Shown here: in pieces, positions 48,444 to 58,743 of the stretch
How positions within the stretch are numbered: the first letter of the stretch is position 1
Layout: every line of letters starts with the position of its first letter
Origin: Phycisphaerales bacterium
GTDB lineage: Bacteria; Planctomycetota; Phycisphaerae; Phycisphaerales; UBA1924
Direction: 5' to 3'
Length of the DNA: 64,000 bases
Assembly: GCA_965227775.1 (NCBI GenBank)
Contig: OZ245777.1
Span: forward strand, 416,001 to 480,000
Made by a program: the position numbers and the translations under genes
Notes under the pieces: model-generated
What the model saw: only the letters and a program-made list of their open reading frames with translations
What the model was told of the DNA's origin: nothing
Databases searched by the model: none

Positions 48444-48913
48444 ATGACAATCGGTATCGATGCAAGCCGGCCATCGATTGCTTCCGGCAACAGTCGAGCG
48501 AGGCCCTGCGGGAAGAACGTCTCGTTCGATCGCGCAATGTCATTCATCGACCACCACCGCATGTCGAGGATGGGTTCGTCGGTGTGGTTGCGTAGCGTCG
48601 CCGGCTTACGCACACGCGACACGTAGTAGCGCTCATGAAAGTGCTTCAGCTCGCCCTCATGCATGAGCTGATGATCGCGCGTCCAGATCCATGGCAGCTC
48701 ACCCGTCAACGCGATGCCGGTTTCTTCCTCGACCTCTCGGACGATCGCCGCCTCGAACGACTCGCCCTCCTGCACGCCCCCGCCCGGCGGCACCCAGAAT
48801 GACATCGGGCCCGAGAGCCTGGGATCTGCGGGCACGAGTTCTTCGTACCTCATAAGGAGCACTCGCTCCTGTTCGTTGATGAGGATGATTCGAGCCGCGT
48901 TTCGCACGAGCAT
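48440..48913 (-). CDS. NUDIX hydrolase
   Basis: PGGGVQEGESFEAAIVREVEEETG Nudix box; start 48913 or 48937. Confidence 0.9.
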   Translation of the reverse strand: MLVRNAARIILINEQERVLLMRYEELVPADPRLSGPMSFWVPPGGGVQEGESFEAAIVREVEEETGIALTGELPWIWTRDHQLMHEGELKHFHERYYVSRVRKPATLRNHTDEPILDMRWWSMNDIARSNETFFPQGLARLLPEAIDGRLASIPIVI

Positions 48914-48962
48914 GACTCGTGCATTGTTGTCGCGCATCCTGTCGGTACCGATGGATGATCTC

Positions 48963-50291
48963 ATGCCTTCACGCACGAAGAACCCGGCTCTCGCACTCGT
49001 AGCGCTCTCGGGGGTGCGTGTGCGGGAGGAATCGCTGGCTGAGCTTGGCATGAGCCTGCCGGGCCTGGGGCCGCGCGGGTCGGCCATCGCAGCGCTACCG
49101 CCGCTGGGCGTGCTCACGCTCGCGGGGCTGACGCCCGACGACTGGGGCATCTCGCTGCATGAAGCAGCAGCGGTTGATGACGGACTGATCGAACGCATCG
49201 TGCGCGAGCGACCGACGCTGGTGGGCATCTCGGCGCTGACGGCATCGATCCTCGAGGCCTATGCGCTCGCTGACGCCCTGCGTCGCGAAGGGTTGCGCGT
49301 CGTGCTGGGAGGCCTGCACGTCACGACCTGCCCCAACGAAGCGATCGGGCATGCAGACGCCATCGTCGTGGGAGACGGCGAGCCGGTGTGGCCCCAGGTG
49401 CTCAAGGACGCCAGCAAGGGCGTGCTTCGGCCCGTGTACAAGCCCGAGAAACCGTTTGACATGCGCCGTGCACCGCTGCCGAGGTATGACCTGTTGGGAA
49501 GTGCTCGTCGCCAGCGGTTCACGATGCAAGCCTCGCGCGGCTGCCCGTTCGCGTGCGACTTCTGCGCCGCCAGTCGGCTGCTCGGCCCGTTTCGAACGAA
49601 GCCGGCCGATCGGTTGCGCGAAGAGCTGCGGGCCATCACGGCGATCGATCCGAGACCGGCGATCGAACTCGCCGACGACAACACATTCGCGCGCGGCGGG
49701 CCCCACGCCGACCTGCTCGACGCGCTCGGCGAGAGCGACGCCCGATGGTTTTCCGAGGCGGACTGGCGCTTGGGCGAGAACCCGGCCGTGCTCGAGCGGC
49801 TCGCCCAATCCGGATGCGTGCAGGTGCTGGTCGGGCTGGAATCACTCGTGCACCAGCACGCCGGCATGGGCGCCAAGAAGAGCGAGATGCCCCGCATGCT
49901 CGACGCCGTGCGGGCGATCCAGGCCGCGGGCGTCGCCGTGATCGGTTGCTTCATCGTCGGGAGCGACGGAGAAGACCAGGCCTCGCTCGACCGACTCGTC
50001 GACTTCCTTCAGCACGATCCCTGTGCCGACGCGCAGGTGACCCTGCAGACACCGTTCCCGGGCACCGCCCTGCGGCGCCGCCTCGAGCGTGAGGGTCGGC
50101 TGCTGCCAGATTGTGATTGGTCTCACTGCACGCTCTTCGACGTGACGTATCAGCCCGACCGGATGACGCCCGAGGCCTTGCAATCCGGCTATGCCCGCGT
50201 ACTGGCGAGCGCGTTCGATGAACGCGCGCACCGTCGTCGCGGCGCGATCCGACGTGAAACCTGGCGACACAACCCGAGGATGCGACCATGA
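48963..50291 (+). CDS. B12-binding domain radical SAM protein
   Basis: LPPLGVLTLA, VVLGGLHVT, GDGE, SRGCPFACDFC, DDN, GLES, TPFPGT. Confidence 0.92.
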   Translation: MPSRTKNPALALVALSGVRVREESLAELGMSLPGLGPRGSAIAALPPLGVLTLAGLTPDDWGISLHEAAAVDDGLIERIVRERPTLVGISALTASILEAYALADALRREGLRVVLGGLHVTTCPNEAIGHADAIVVGDGEPVWPQVLKDASKGVLRPVYKPEKPFDMRRAPLPRYDLLGSARRQRFTMQASRGCPFACDFCAASRLLGPFRTKPADRLREELRAITAIDPRPAIELADDNTFARGGPHADLLDALGESDARWFSEADWRLGENPAVLERLAQSGCVQVLVGLESLVHQHAGMGAKKSEMPRMLDAVRAIQAAGVAVIGCFIVGSDGEDQASLDRLVDFLQHDPCADAQVTLQTPFPGTALRRRLEREGRLLPDCDWSHCTLFDVTYQPDRMTPEALQSGYARVLASAFDERAHRRRGAIRRETWRHNPRMRP

Positions 50292-51553
50292 AGGCATCAA
50301 CGCTCCCGTTGCTCCTGGTGGGGAATCGCAAGGCGATCCTTGACGTGGCGCGGTCACCTTGGTCACCGCTGATCGGCGCGCTGTTTGTGCTGTCTGCGGG
50401 GCTTGCTCGTGAGTACGACGGTGAATACCTGTTGCTTGAGCCTTGGCATGCGCTGCGGCCATTGGGAGCCTCGCTGGCGTCGGGCACGCTGCTGTTCGCG
50501 ATCGTGCATATTGCGGCCGTCATCCGCGGGGACTCGGCCGGTGCAAACGAGCGGCCGCCGCTGTTCCAGGCGTACTTGGCATGGATAGGGCTGTTCTGGA
50601 TGACTGCGCCGATGGCGTGGCTCTACGCGATTCCCTACGAGCGCTGGATGTCGCCCGAGACCGCCATCGAGTGGAACCTGCTCACGCTCGCGTTCGTGGC
50701 TGGCTGGCGTGTTGTGCTGATTACGCGCGTGATTGTCGTGGTGTATGGCGTGAGCCCGGTGCCGGCGTTCTTCCTGGTGATGTTGTTCGCCGATGCGGTG
50801 GTGATCGCCGTGCTGGGCATCGCGCCGTTGCCAGTGATCGATGTAATGGGCGGCGTCCGCGGGCCGGCGCGAGAGCAATTGCTCGGGGCCGTTGCACTGA
50901 ACACCGGCCTGCTCGCGGCGTTGAGCGCACCGATTTGGATCTTGGGCTCGCTCATCAGCCTCGCCGGGTTTCGACCGATGTGGCCGGTGGTGTCGCATCC
51001 GAGGCCTACTCCGTCACGCGGGCTGTTGATCTTCGCGGGCGTATCGATCGTGGCGTTCGTGCCGCTGCTGGTGTGGGCTCAGCCTGCGCAGGCCTTGCGG
51101 CATCGCGTCGAGGGTTTGCTGCTCTCGGGCCGGATTGCCGAAGGACTGGCCGAGATGTCTGCAAGGCCGTACGAGGACTTTCCGCCCGACTACAACCCGC
51201 CGCCGAGGCTTGGGTTCCGCGAAACGCAACCGCCGATGGACGCGGTGCGAGCAGCAATGCATGAGAAGTGGCCGGCAGATTGGGTAGCGGAGCTGTATCT
51301 GTACAAGACGCGCCGAGAGATCGGAACCGAGTACTACGCGGATCCTGCAGACGACTATTTCGCAGGTCGCATCGACGACATCGAGAACGAGCGGGCGCTC
51401 GAACGAGCATCGGGCCTACGAGACGCGTTTCAGTTCCTTGTAGACTTCGACACGTCGATTCCGGAAGCCAATCTGGACGCGATGCGCCGACTACTTGAGG
51501 CCGTCGAAGCCCATCAAGAGTCCCCACCCGACGCATCAGCCGGACCGACGTAG
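50288..51553 (+). CDS. Hypothetical polytopic membrane protein
   Basis: ATGA overlap with the radical SAM gene; about 7 hydrophobic segments plus a soluble C-terminus. Confidence 0.75.
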   Translation: MKASTLPLLLVGNRKAILDVARSPWSPLIGALFVLSAGLAREYDGEYLLLEPWHALRPLGASLASGTLLFAIVHIAAVIRGDSAGANERPPLFQAYLAWIGLFWMTAPMAWLYAIPYERWMSPETAIEWNLLTLAFVAGWRVVLITRVIVVVYGVSPVPAFFLVMLFADAVVIAVLGIAPLPVIDVMGGVRGPAREQLLGAVALNTGLLAALSAPIWILGSLISLAGFRPMWPVVSHPRPTPSRGLLIFAGVSIVAFVPLLVWAQPAQALRHRVEGLLLSGRIAEGLAEMSARPYEDFPPDYNPPPRLGFRETQPPMDAVRAAMHEKWPADWVAELYLYKTRREIGTEYYADPADDYFAGRIDDIENERALERASGLRDAFQFLVDFDTSIPEANLDAMRRLLEAVEAHQESPPDASAGPT

Positions 51554-52488
51554 ACCACGATGTCGCCGCTGCGCCGGTCTTCGTCGGCCAGCTCGTCGCT
51601 CCAGCGGTCGACCATAACGATGGTGAGCACGTCGGCTCCGGAGCGCTGCCGCTTGAGGTATTCGACGGTGGCGCCATCGAAGGCGACGTGGAAGCGGCCG
51701 ATGACCAGCGCGACTGGCTCGTGCCCGGCCCGCAGCGCGTCGGCAACGCTGTCGGCCATCGTTGCGTCCCACACGAGCTGGGCGCGCAAGAAGTCGGGCA
51801 CGCTCATTCCGGGCTGCGCCTTGCCCGATGCGTCGCTCGAGCGCATGCCGCCCATGATCTCGTTGAACCGCTCGCGGTATGCGTCGGGGCCGTCCTCGGT
51901 CGGAGGCAGCTCGAACGTGGCGCGTTGGGCGGGCGTCATGGCGCGCAGGCGGTTGTAGCCATCGGTGCGCGCGAGGCGGACATAGCGTCGCGGCGCATTT
52001 GCAGCGATCACGACACCGCCGGCGTTCTTCGTGGCGTTGAACATCGCCTGATGGGCATCGGGGAAGTTCGACGCGCTGCGGCCAGCGTCCTTCATGAAGG
52101 TCTCCTCGTCGATCATGCCGGCGAGGTACTCGTCGATGGCGAGCTGCTGGTCACGCTCGAAGAACTCGAGGAGCAGGGCGGGCGTCTCGTCGCGATCGCG
52201 GACGCTGAGCATGTCCTTCCAGATCGCTGCGGCAACGGGAAGGCCCACAGGGTGGCCGTGGAGCTCACCAAAGAGCACGGCGTCGGCCTTCTTCACCCGA
52301 TCGAAGATCTTCAGGTCATTGAGTTCCTCGCCGGTCCGACCATCGAAGAACTTCGCCTCGGGGTTTTCGAGCATCTGGTTCCGGATGGAGTCAGGCCAAC
52401 GCGGCTGGACCATTGGCCCGAAGACTCCGCATCCAGAAACAAACAGCGAAACCACAAATAGCGACAGAATGAGGGCTTTCTGGGGCAT
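51514..52488 (-). CDS. ChaN-family (heme-uptake-like) lipoprotein
   Basis: Lipobox VSGC; LFGELH, LEFFERDQQ, AANAPR, AQLVWDATMA, GRFH. Confidence 0.85.
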   Translation of the reverse strand: MPQKALILSLFVVSLFVSGCGVFGPMVQPRWPDSIRNQMLENPEAKFFDGRTGEELNDLKIFDRVKKADAVLFGELHGHPVGLPVAAAIWKDMLSVRDRDETPALLLEFFERDQQLAIDEYLAGMIDEETFMKDAGRSASNFPDAHQAMFNATKNAGGVVIAANAPRRYVRLARTDGYNRLRAMTPAQRATFELPPTEDGPDAYRERFNEIMGGMRSSDASGKAQPGMSVPDFLRAQLVWDATMADSVADALRAGHEPVALVIGRFHVAFDGATVEYLKRQRSGADVLTIVMVDRWSDELADEDRRSGDIVVYVGPADASGGDS

Positions 52489-52595
52489 GTGATCTCCTGC
52501 GTTCGAGTCTCGGTGGCAACCGCCCCTGTTCTATGCTCTCGCCGCCTTCCTCGCCTCCACGTTCCTCGCTGCCACATTGCCGGAGCTTCCACCCC

Positions 52596-53612
52596 TTGGA
52601 CCCCACCACCTACGCCGGCTTTGCCGCCGGGCTGGTCACGAGCCTGCTATGGGCGCTCACCAGCCTTTGCTTTGCCGCAGGCGGGCGGCGTATCGGGCCG
52701 ACCCTGGTCAACGGGCTCCGGCTGTACGTGGCCATCCTGCTTCTGACGGGCATGGTGTGGATCACCACCGGCGAGCCGTGGCCCCTCTTGAGCGATCGGC
52801 AGTTCATCCTGCTGGCGGTCTCGTCGCTGGTGGGCATCGTGATCGGTGACCAGGCGCTGTTCACGGCTTTTGTCGACATCGGACCACGCCTGAGCCTGCT
52901 CATGATGAGCACCGCCCCGATTTGGGCGGCCGTGCTGGGCTGGATGGTGCTGGGCGAGTCGCTTGCCTGGCCCGCACTCGTAGGCATCGCTGTCACCATT
53001 GCGGGCGTGGCCTGGGTCATCATGGAGCGGCCGGCGATGAAGGCCGACGAGCGGGCCCACCCGCATCGGGTTCGCGGCATCGTGCTCGCGCTGGTTGGCT
53101 CGATGTGCCAAGGCGGCGGGCTGCTCATCAGCAAGGCCGGCATGGGCCACGGCTGGCTGGACGAGAGCGAGCACCTGGGCCCGCTCCCAGCCACGCAGGT
53201 GCGCATCGCGGTGGCGATCGTGTGCATGACGCCCGTGCTGCTCGCCCGCTGGCGGTTCCAGGCAGGGCGGAACGCACCCAAGATCCCGCGGCGCACGCTC
53301 AAGATCGGGCTCGCGTTCACGGCGCTCGGGGCGTTTGTTGGCCCGTTCCTCGGCATGTGGATGAGCCTGGTGACGGCCGACCTGACGCCCGTGGCCGTGG
53401 CCCAGACGCTGTGCTCACTCGCGCCCGTGATGATCCTGCCCATGGTGGCCTGGAGCGGCGATCGGGTGTCGCCCAGGGCGGTGCTGGGGGCGTGCGTGGC
53501 GGTGGGCGGCGTGGCGATCCTGGCGCTACTGCCGGCCATCCTGCCCGAAAGCTGGTCAAAATCCGAGCCCGCGCGTGAGTCGGAGGCGTTGCCTGCGCTG
53601 GAAGGGACATGA
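52596..53612 (+). CDS. DMT/EamA family transporter
   Basis: About 10 TM segments in two EamA repeats; TTG start after GGAG. Confidence 0.88.
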   Translation: MDPTTYAGFAAGLVTSLLWALTSLCFAAGGRRIGPTLVNGLRLYVAILLLTGMVWITTGEPWPLLSDRQFILLAVSSLVGIVIGDQALFTAFVDIGPRLSLLMMSTAPIWAAVLGWMVLGESLAWPALVGIAVTIAGVAWVIMERPAMKADERAHPHRVRGIVLALVGSMCQGGGLLISKAGMGHGWLDESEHLGPLPATQVRIAVAIVCMTPVLLARWRFQAGRNAPKIPRRTLKIGLAFTALGAFVGPFLGMWMSLVTADLTPVAVAQTLCSLAPVMILPMVAWSGDRVSPRAVLGACVAVGGVAILALLPAILPESWSKSEPARESEALPALEGT

Positions 53613-53734
53613 TGACCGCTCCCATCCGCCAGCCCGCACACCGAGCACCACGTGTTCGGACACCCGAACACACGGGGAAACGCAGGCCCGACGGTTACAA
53701 TCCCTTGGGCAAGAAGCTCCGGGGGTATTCGATC

Positions 53735-54409
53735 ATGATCCAGGACCAATCGGACCGGGACGGCTCGGGCGATGCGGCCGTTGATCCGTGCGAGGCGCTG
53801 CTCTCTAAGGCCATGAAGGGAGACCGCGCCGCGCTAATCGACCTGCTCGAGGAGTGCGCACCGATGCTGCGAGGGCGGCTTGAGGGCAAGATTCCCCCTC
53901 AGCTCCGCGTCACCATCGAAGCGGACGACGTGCTCCAGGTGACCTACATCGAGGTCGTCGGGCGCATGTCGCAGTTCAAGACCGGCGGCATGAAGGGCTT
54001 CCGAGCGTGGGTGTCCCGCGTCGCCGAGAACAATCTGCTCGACGCCATCCGCTCGGCCCACGCGGCCAAGCGGCCAGACCCGGCCAAGCGTGCGCACACC
54101 CCGCGAAATGCCGACGACTCTGCCGCCACCCTCATCGAGGTGTTGGCGGGCGATAGCAAGGCCACGCCCTCGCGGTTCGTCGCGCGCGGCGAGGCGGTCA
54201 TGGCAATGGAGCGCATGCTCGCCACGCTGCCGGCCGACTACGCGAAGGTCATCCGGCTGTATGACCTGGCCGGGCATCCGGTCGAGGAAGTCGCCAAGGA
54301 GATGGGCCGGTCGACGGGCGCCATCTTCATGCTCCGCGCTCGTGCGCACGACAGGCTACGCGAGGCTATGGGCGACGAAGACCAGTACTTCTCCCGCCCG
54401 GGCGGTTGA
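53735..54409 (+). CDS. ECF-family sigma-70 factor
   Basis: GDRAAL..L, ADDVLQ, FRAWVSRVAENNLLDAIR, TPS, LPADYAKVIRL, EEVAKEMGRS.GA. Confidence 0.92.
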   Translation: MIQDQSDRDGSGDAAVDPCEALLSKAMKGDRAALIDLLEECAPMLRGRLEGKIPPQLRVTIEADDVLQVTYIEVVGRMSQFKTGGMKGFRAWVSRVAENNLLDAIRSAHAAKRPDPAKRAHTPRNADDSAATLIEVLAGDSKATPSRFVARGEAVMAMERMLATLPADYAKVIRLYDLAGHPVEEVAKEMGRSTGAIFMLRARAHDRLREAMGDEDQYFSRPGG

Positions 54410-54436
54410 CACCCCTCTCACGACGGACGCACCCGC

Positions 54437-57133
54437 ATGGACGACACGCCGAACCAGGGAAGTGACCAGGGGCCGCCAACCCCCGACGATGCTGCGCGCA
54501 AGCCGAACGAGGGCTCGAACGCCGAGCGCCGTCTGATCGAGGATGCGATGAAGGGCGCCGAGCCGGCAAGCGGCTGGCCCGAATCGACGCAGGCGTGGTT
54601 CGAAGGCGCGCCGCTGCCGCCGCACGGGGCCTTCCCCGGATACGACATCGTGCGCGAGATCCACCGCGGCGGCCAGGGTGTGGTGTACCAGGCGGTCCAG
54701 CTCAGCACGCGGCGCCACGTTGCGATCAAGGTCATGCACTCGGGCCCGTTCATGGGCTCCTCGGGCCGAGCGCGCTTCGAGCGCGAGGTGCAGGTGCTGG
54801 GCCAGCTCGATCACCCCAACATTGTGCGCATCCACGATAGCGGTGTGACCAAGGACGGCTCGTGCTTCTACGTGATGGACTACATCAGCGGCAAGCCGCT
54901 CGACCGATTGATGGGCGACGGCCAGCTGCCGATCCGCGAGTCGTTGCGCCTGTTCGCCAAGATCTGCGACGCCGTCGCGGCGGCCCACCTCAAGGGCGTC
55001 ATCCACCGAGACCTGAAGCCCAGCAACATCCGCATCGACAAGCACGGCGAGCCGATCGTGGTTGACTTCGGCCTCGCGAAGCTGGCAATCCCCGAGCTCG
55101 ACGCCGAGGGCAGCGGTAAGCTGATGAGCATGACCGGGCAGTTCATCGGCTCGCTGCCGTGGGCCAGCCCGGAGCAGGCCGATGGCTCTCCCACCAACAT
55201 CGACGTGCGCACAGACGTGTACTCGCTGGGCGTGATTCTCTACCAGCTCTTGACGAACCGCTTCCCGTACGAAGTGCTCGGGAACATGCGCGACGTGCTG
55301 GACAACATCATGCGCGTCGAGCCCGCGCGGCCCAGCACGATCCGCCGGAAGATCAACGACGAGGTCGAGACGATCGTGCTCAAAGCGCTCGCCAAGCAGC
55401 GCGAGCGACGCTACCAGAGCGCGGGCGAACTGGGCCGGGACGTGCACCGCTTCCTCGAAGGGCAACCCATCGAGGCCAAGCGGGACAGCGGCTGGTACGT
55501 CATCACCAAGACACTGAAGCGGTACCGGGCGCCGGTGGCCCTTGGTGCGAGTTCGCTGGTGGCGCTCGTGGTGTTTGCGGTCGTGGTGTCCGTGCTGTAT
55601 CGGGACGCCGAGGTTGCCCGCGGTGTTGCCGAGCAGAAGACCACCGAGGCGCAGCGTTTGCTCGTAGCAGAAGCCGAGCAGCGTGCACTCGCCGAGGCGC
55701 GGCTGGCGAGCGTGTTCGACCTTACCGAGACCATGACCACGGTGTTTTACGACGCGGTGGTCAACCTGCGTGGCGCAACGCCGGCCAAGCTCTCGCTGGC
55801 CGAGCGAGCGGCCGCCGCACTCGACGAATTCGAGGACGACGTTCAGGGCGACCCGGTACGCATGCTGCAGATCGGCCGTGGTCGGCTGCGGCTCGGAGAC
55901 CTGTACGCCGGCCGCAGCGACCTGCACCGGATCGGCAAGCCCGAGGAAGGGCAGGCGCTCTACGCGTCCGCCCTCTCGATCGCCGACGAGGTACTGGCGA
56001 TGGACTCGGGCTCGGTCGAGGCTCTGCGGTTGCGTGGCGATGCCCTGACGCACCTCGGGCACGCGGCCCGGCTCATGCGAGACCACGAGCGCTCGGTTGA
56101 TCTCTACGAGCAGTCGCTGGTCGCATTCGACAAAGCGATCGACGCTCCGCCGGAGTCGGACGTCTTGCTGGGTGCGATCAGGCTTGCGCACGCCGACGCG
56201 CTGCTCGAACTTGGTAACTCGCTGGTCGGTCGTGCACTCAGGAGCGACGACGCCGACCAGCGGTCGCGATTCAACGCTCGCGCTGAGGCGACGTATGAGC
56301 GAGGGAGAGCGTCCTTCGACCGGCTCTCGGATGAGTTGGCTGGGCTGCAGCAGAATCGTGCCCGCTTGGGCGCTTCGAGAGCGGAGGTTCGGCTCGCGCT
56401 GATGCAGATCCGTGCGAGCGAGACTTCGATCGCAGATCCCGCACAAGCAAGCCGCGGCCTAACCGCGATCGATCGCGCAGTCTCGCTGCTCTCGAGCGCA
56501 AACGACGCTCTGAAGTCGCTTGCCGATGCGGAGCCGGCCAATGGCGTGTACCCGTCCGACATGGGCGTCGCGTACGACGCGTGGGGACAGGCCCTCCGCC
56601 AGCGTGCCAGGCTTTACGAAGCAATGGCAGGCCAAGCGACCAGCGAAGATGCCGCCAGCTTCCTTGAGCAGGCAAGCAGCGCACGGGGCGATGCGGTCAC
56701 CGTGCTGACCGACGGCATTGACATCACGCGTCGCTCGATCAACACCGACGACTCGGACGTGACGTTCCATCGCACGCTCGCCCATCTCTTGAACAAGCGG
56801 GCGCGGGCACTCGACGCGCTCGAAGAAGGCGGCCGTGCCGAGCAGGACTTCGTGGAGTCGGCGAGCGTTCGAGACATGCTCGCCGACACCGATCCCACGG
56901 GCCAGCACCTGAACGATGCCATGGTGGGCTGGTACTACGTGGGCGTGTTCAGGGAAGGCCAGGCCGACGAGACCGGGCAGGAGGCAACGTTGCGTGAAGC
57001 GCTCGCGGCCTTCGAGAAGGCACGGGGCTACATCGAGCAGCAACAGCAAGCGGGCATGAGTACCGATAATTCTAATTTGTCGACGATCGACGCCCGTATC
57101 AAAGCCGTACGGGAGAAGCTTTCGTCTGGCTGA
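54437..57133 (+). CDS. Hanks-type Ser/Thr protein kinase with TM and TPR-like C-terminus
   Basis: RGGQGVVY, VAIK, HRDLKPSN, DFGLAK, SPEQ, DVYSLG; TM; helical repeats. Confidence 0.95.
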   Translation: MDDTPNQGSDQGPPTPDDAARKPNEGSNAERRLIEDAMKGAEPASGWPESTQAWFEGAPLPPHGAFPGYDIVREIHRGGQGVVYQAVQLSTRRHVAIKVMHSGPFMGSSGRARFEREVQVLGQLDHPNIVRIHDSGVTKDGSCFYVMDYISGKPLDRLMGDGQLPIRESLRLFAKICDAVAAAHLKGVIHRDLKPSNIRIDKHGEPIVVDFGLAKLAIPELDAEGSGKLMSMTGQFIGSLPWASPEQADGSPTNIDVRTDVYSLGVILYQLLTNRFPYEVLGNMRDVLDNIMRVEPARPSTIRRKINDEVETIVLKALAKQRERRYQSAGELGRDVHRFLEGQPIEAKRDSGWYVITKTLKRYRAPVALGASSLVALVVFAVVVSVLYRDAEVARGVAEQKTTEAQRLLVAEAEQRALAEARLASVFDLTETMTTVFYDAVVNLRGATPAKLSLAERAAAALDEFEDDVQGDPVRMLQIGRGRLRLGDLYAGRSDLHRIGKPEEGQALYASALSIADEVLAMDSGSVEALRLRGDALTHLGHAARLMRDHERSVDLYEQSLVAFDKAIDAPPESDVLLGAIRLAHADALLELGNSLVGRALRSDDADQRSRFNARAEATYERGRASFDRLSDELAGLQQNRARLGASRAEVRLALMQIRASETSIADPAQASRGLTAIDRAVSLLSSANDALKSLADAEPANGVYPSDMGVAYDAWGQALRQRARLYEAMAGQATSEDAASFLEQASSARGDAVTVLTDGIDITRRSINTDDSDVTFHRTLAHLLNKRARALDALEEGGRAEQDFVESASVRDMLADTDPTGQHLNDAMVGWYYVGVFREGQADETGQEATLREALAAFEKARGYIEQQQQAGMSTDNSNLSTIDARIKAVREKLSSG

Positions 57134-57230
57134 GCGAGCCGATCGTCACGAATGGCCTTGAGTCGCCGTTCGCATTCTGATATCTTGCACCTTAGAGAGA
57201 CACGCCGCAGTTGCGGCGAGAGGAGAGAAC

Positions 57231-58742
57231 ATGGCGACTCTGGGGCTCCCCCGTGTGGTTGTTTCCATGGGTGTGTTGGGCATGTGCGCCCATGCGTCCA
57301 TGGGGCAGGTCATCGACGCGACGTGGATCGACGACACGTCGGGCATCTGGTCCGACGCGGCTCGCTGGTCGTCGCCCGACTTCCCAACGGCTCGCGGTCC
57401 GGACCGCTACCGGGCCATCATCGACTTCGACTCCGGCGGGGCGTACACGATCTCGCTCGGGGCCGCGATCGACCTCGACAGCCTGAGCTTCCTGAGCACC
57501 GACGCCACCATCGACGGCGGCGGCACCGGCACCATTGTGGTGCGCTCGGAGTTGGAGTTCGGCGACGGCACGGCGCGCGCGATCTCCGAGCTCATGAGCG
57601 AGGGCACGCTGCTGTTCACCGGAGACCTGGTGGCAGAGATCGATGACACGCCGCTGTGCCACGTGGGTTCCATCGGCCGTAAGACTGGCTCGGGCGAGAT
57701 CCTGCTCACCGGCAGCACGGTCTTCGAGATCATGTCCGGCAGCTCGTTCACGATCGAGAACTCGGGCGATTTCATGGGCGACACCACCGCCCGCATCGTC
57801 AACGATGGCATCTTCGCGAAGCAGTCGCCCGGGACCACGCTCATCGAGGACGTGGGCTTCGTCAATACAGGTACGGTCGTTGTCGAACAAGGCAGGCTCG
57901 AGGTCACCAACCCGATCTTGCCGAGCCTCGGCACGCTCGGGCCGGCGACGTATGACATCTTCGATGGTGCGGTGCTCGACTTCTCCGGCACGCCCCTGGA
58001 CACCAATCAAGCCGACGTCATCTTTCGCGGGCCCGACTCGGCGTTTGTTGGCTTCTCTTCGGTCGAAACCAACCAGGGGCTGGCACGGGCCGAAGGCGGC
58101 GCGAACATTGCGTTTACGCCCACCAGCGGGCTGTCGAACGAGGGCGTGCTCCAAGCCGACGGCTCGGGCTCGACGATTACCGCCACCGGCACGCTGAACA
58201 ACACCGGGCAGATCACCGTGTTCAACGGCGGCATCGTTCGGTCAACGCTCGTTGAGAACAACCTCGGCGTGGTCGAGGGCAATGGCTCGATCGAGACTGC
58301 CTCGTTTACGAACAACGGCCTGGTCAGCCCGGGCAACTCGCCGGGCGTGCTCGTCACCGAGAATCCCGTTGGCACGCACGTGTTCCAGCAGGGCGTGGAC
58401 GGCACGCTCCTGATCGAGATCGAGGGGCGCACGCCAGGCGTCACGCACGACGTGCTCGACGTTCGCGGCATCGCGCTGTTCGACGGCACGCTGCAGCTCG
58501 AGTTCTCGCCCTTCTCGGGTGAGCCGCCCGTGCAGGCGGGCGATCAGTTTGAGATCATCCTGGCAGATGGCATCGACGGCCAGTTCCGCGATATCCAGCT
58601 AAGCGGACTCGGAACCCAAGGCCAGGTGGATGTGTTCTTGAACCCGAGCGGGGTGCTCGTGGTGGTGCGTGAGGTGCCTTCGCCCGGAGCGTTGGCTGTG
58701 CTCGGGCTCGGCGGGGTGCTCGCGGCCCGTCGCCGCCGCTGA
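57231..58742 (+). CDS. Exported beta-helix/autotransporter-passenger-like protein with PEP-CTERM-like (VPSP) tail
   Basis: WSDAARWS, repeated N.G strands, VSPGNSPG, GTLLIEI.G...HDVLDV; ends VPSPGALAVLGLGGVLAARRRR. Confidence 0.85.
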   Translation: MATLGLPRVVVSMGVLGMCAHASMGQVIDATWIDDTSGIWSDAARWSSPDFPTARGPDRYRAIIDFDSGGAYTISLGAAIDLDSLSFLSTDATIDGGGTGTIVVRSELEFGDGTARAISELMSEGTLLFTGDLVAEIDDTPLCHVGSIGRKTGSGEILLTGSTVFEIMSGSSFTIENSGDFMGDTTARIVNDGIFAKQSPGTTLIEDVGFVNTGTVVVEQGRLEVTNPILPSLGTLGPATYDIFDGAVLDFSGTPLDTNQADVIFRGPDSAFVGFSSVETNQGLARAEGGANIAFTPTSGLSNEGVLQADGSGSTITATGTLNNTGQITVFNGGIVRSTLVENNLGVVEGNGSIETASFTNNGLVSPGNSPGVLVTENPVGTHVFQQGVDGTLLIEIEGRTPGVTHDVLDVRGIALFDGTLQLEFSPFSGEPPVQAGDQFEIILADGIDGQFRDIQLSGLGTQGQVDVFLNPSGVLVVVREVPSPGALAVLGLGGVLAARRRR

Positions 58743-58743
58743 G

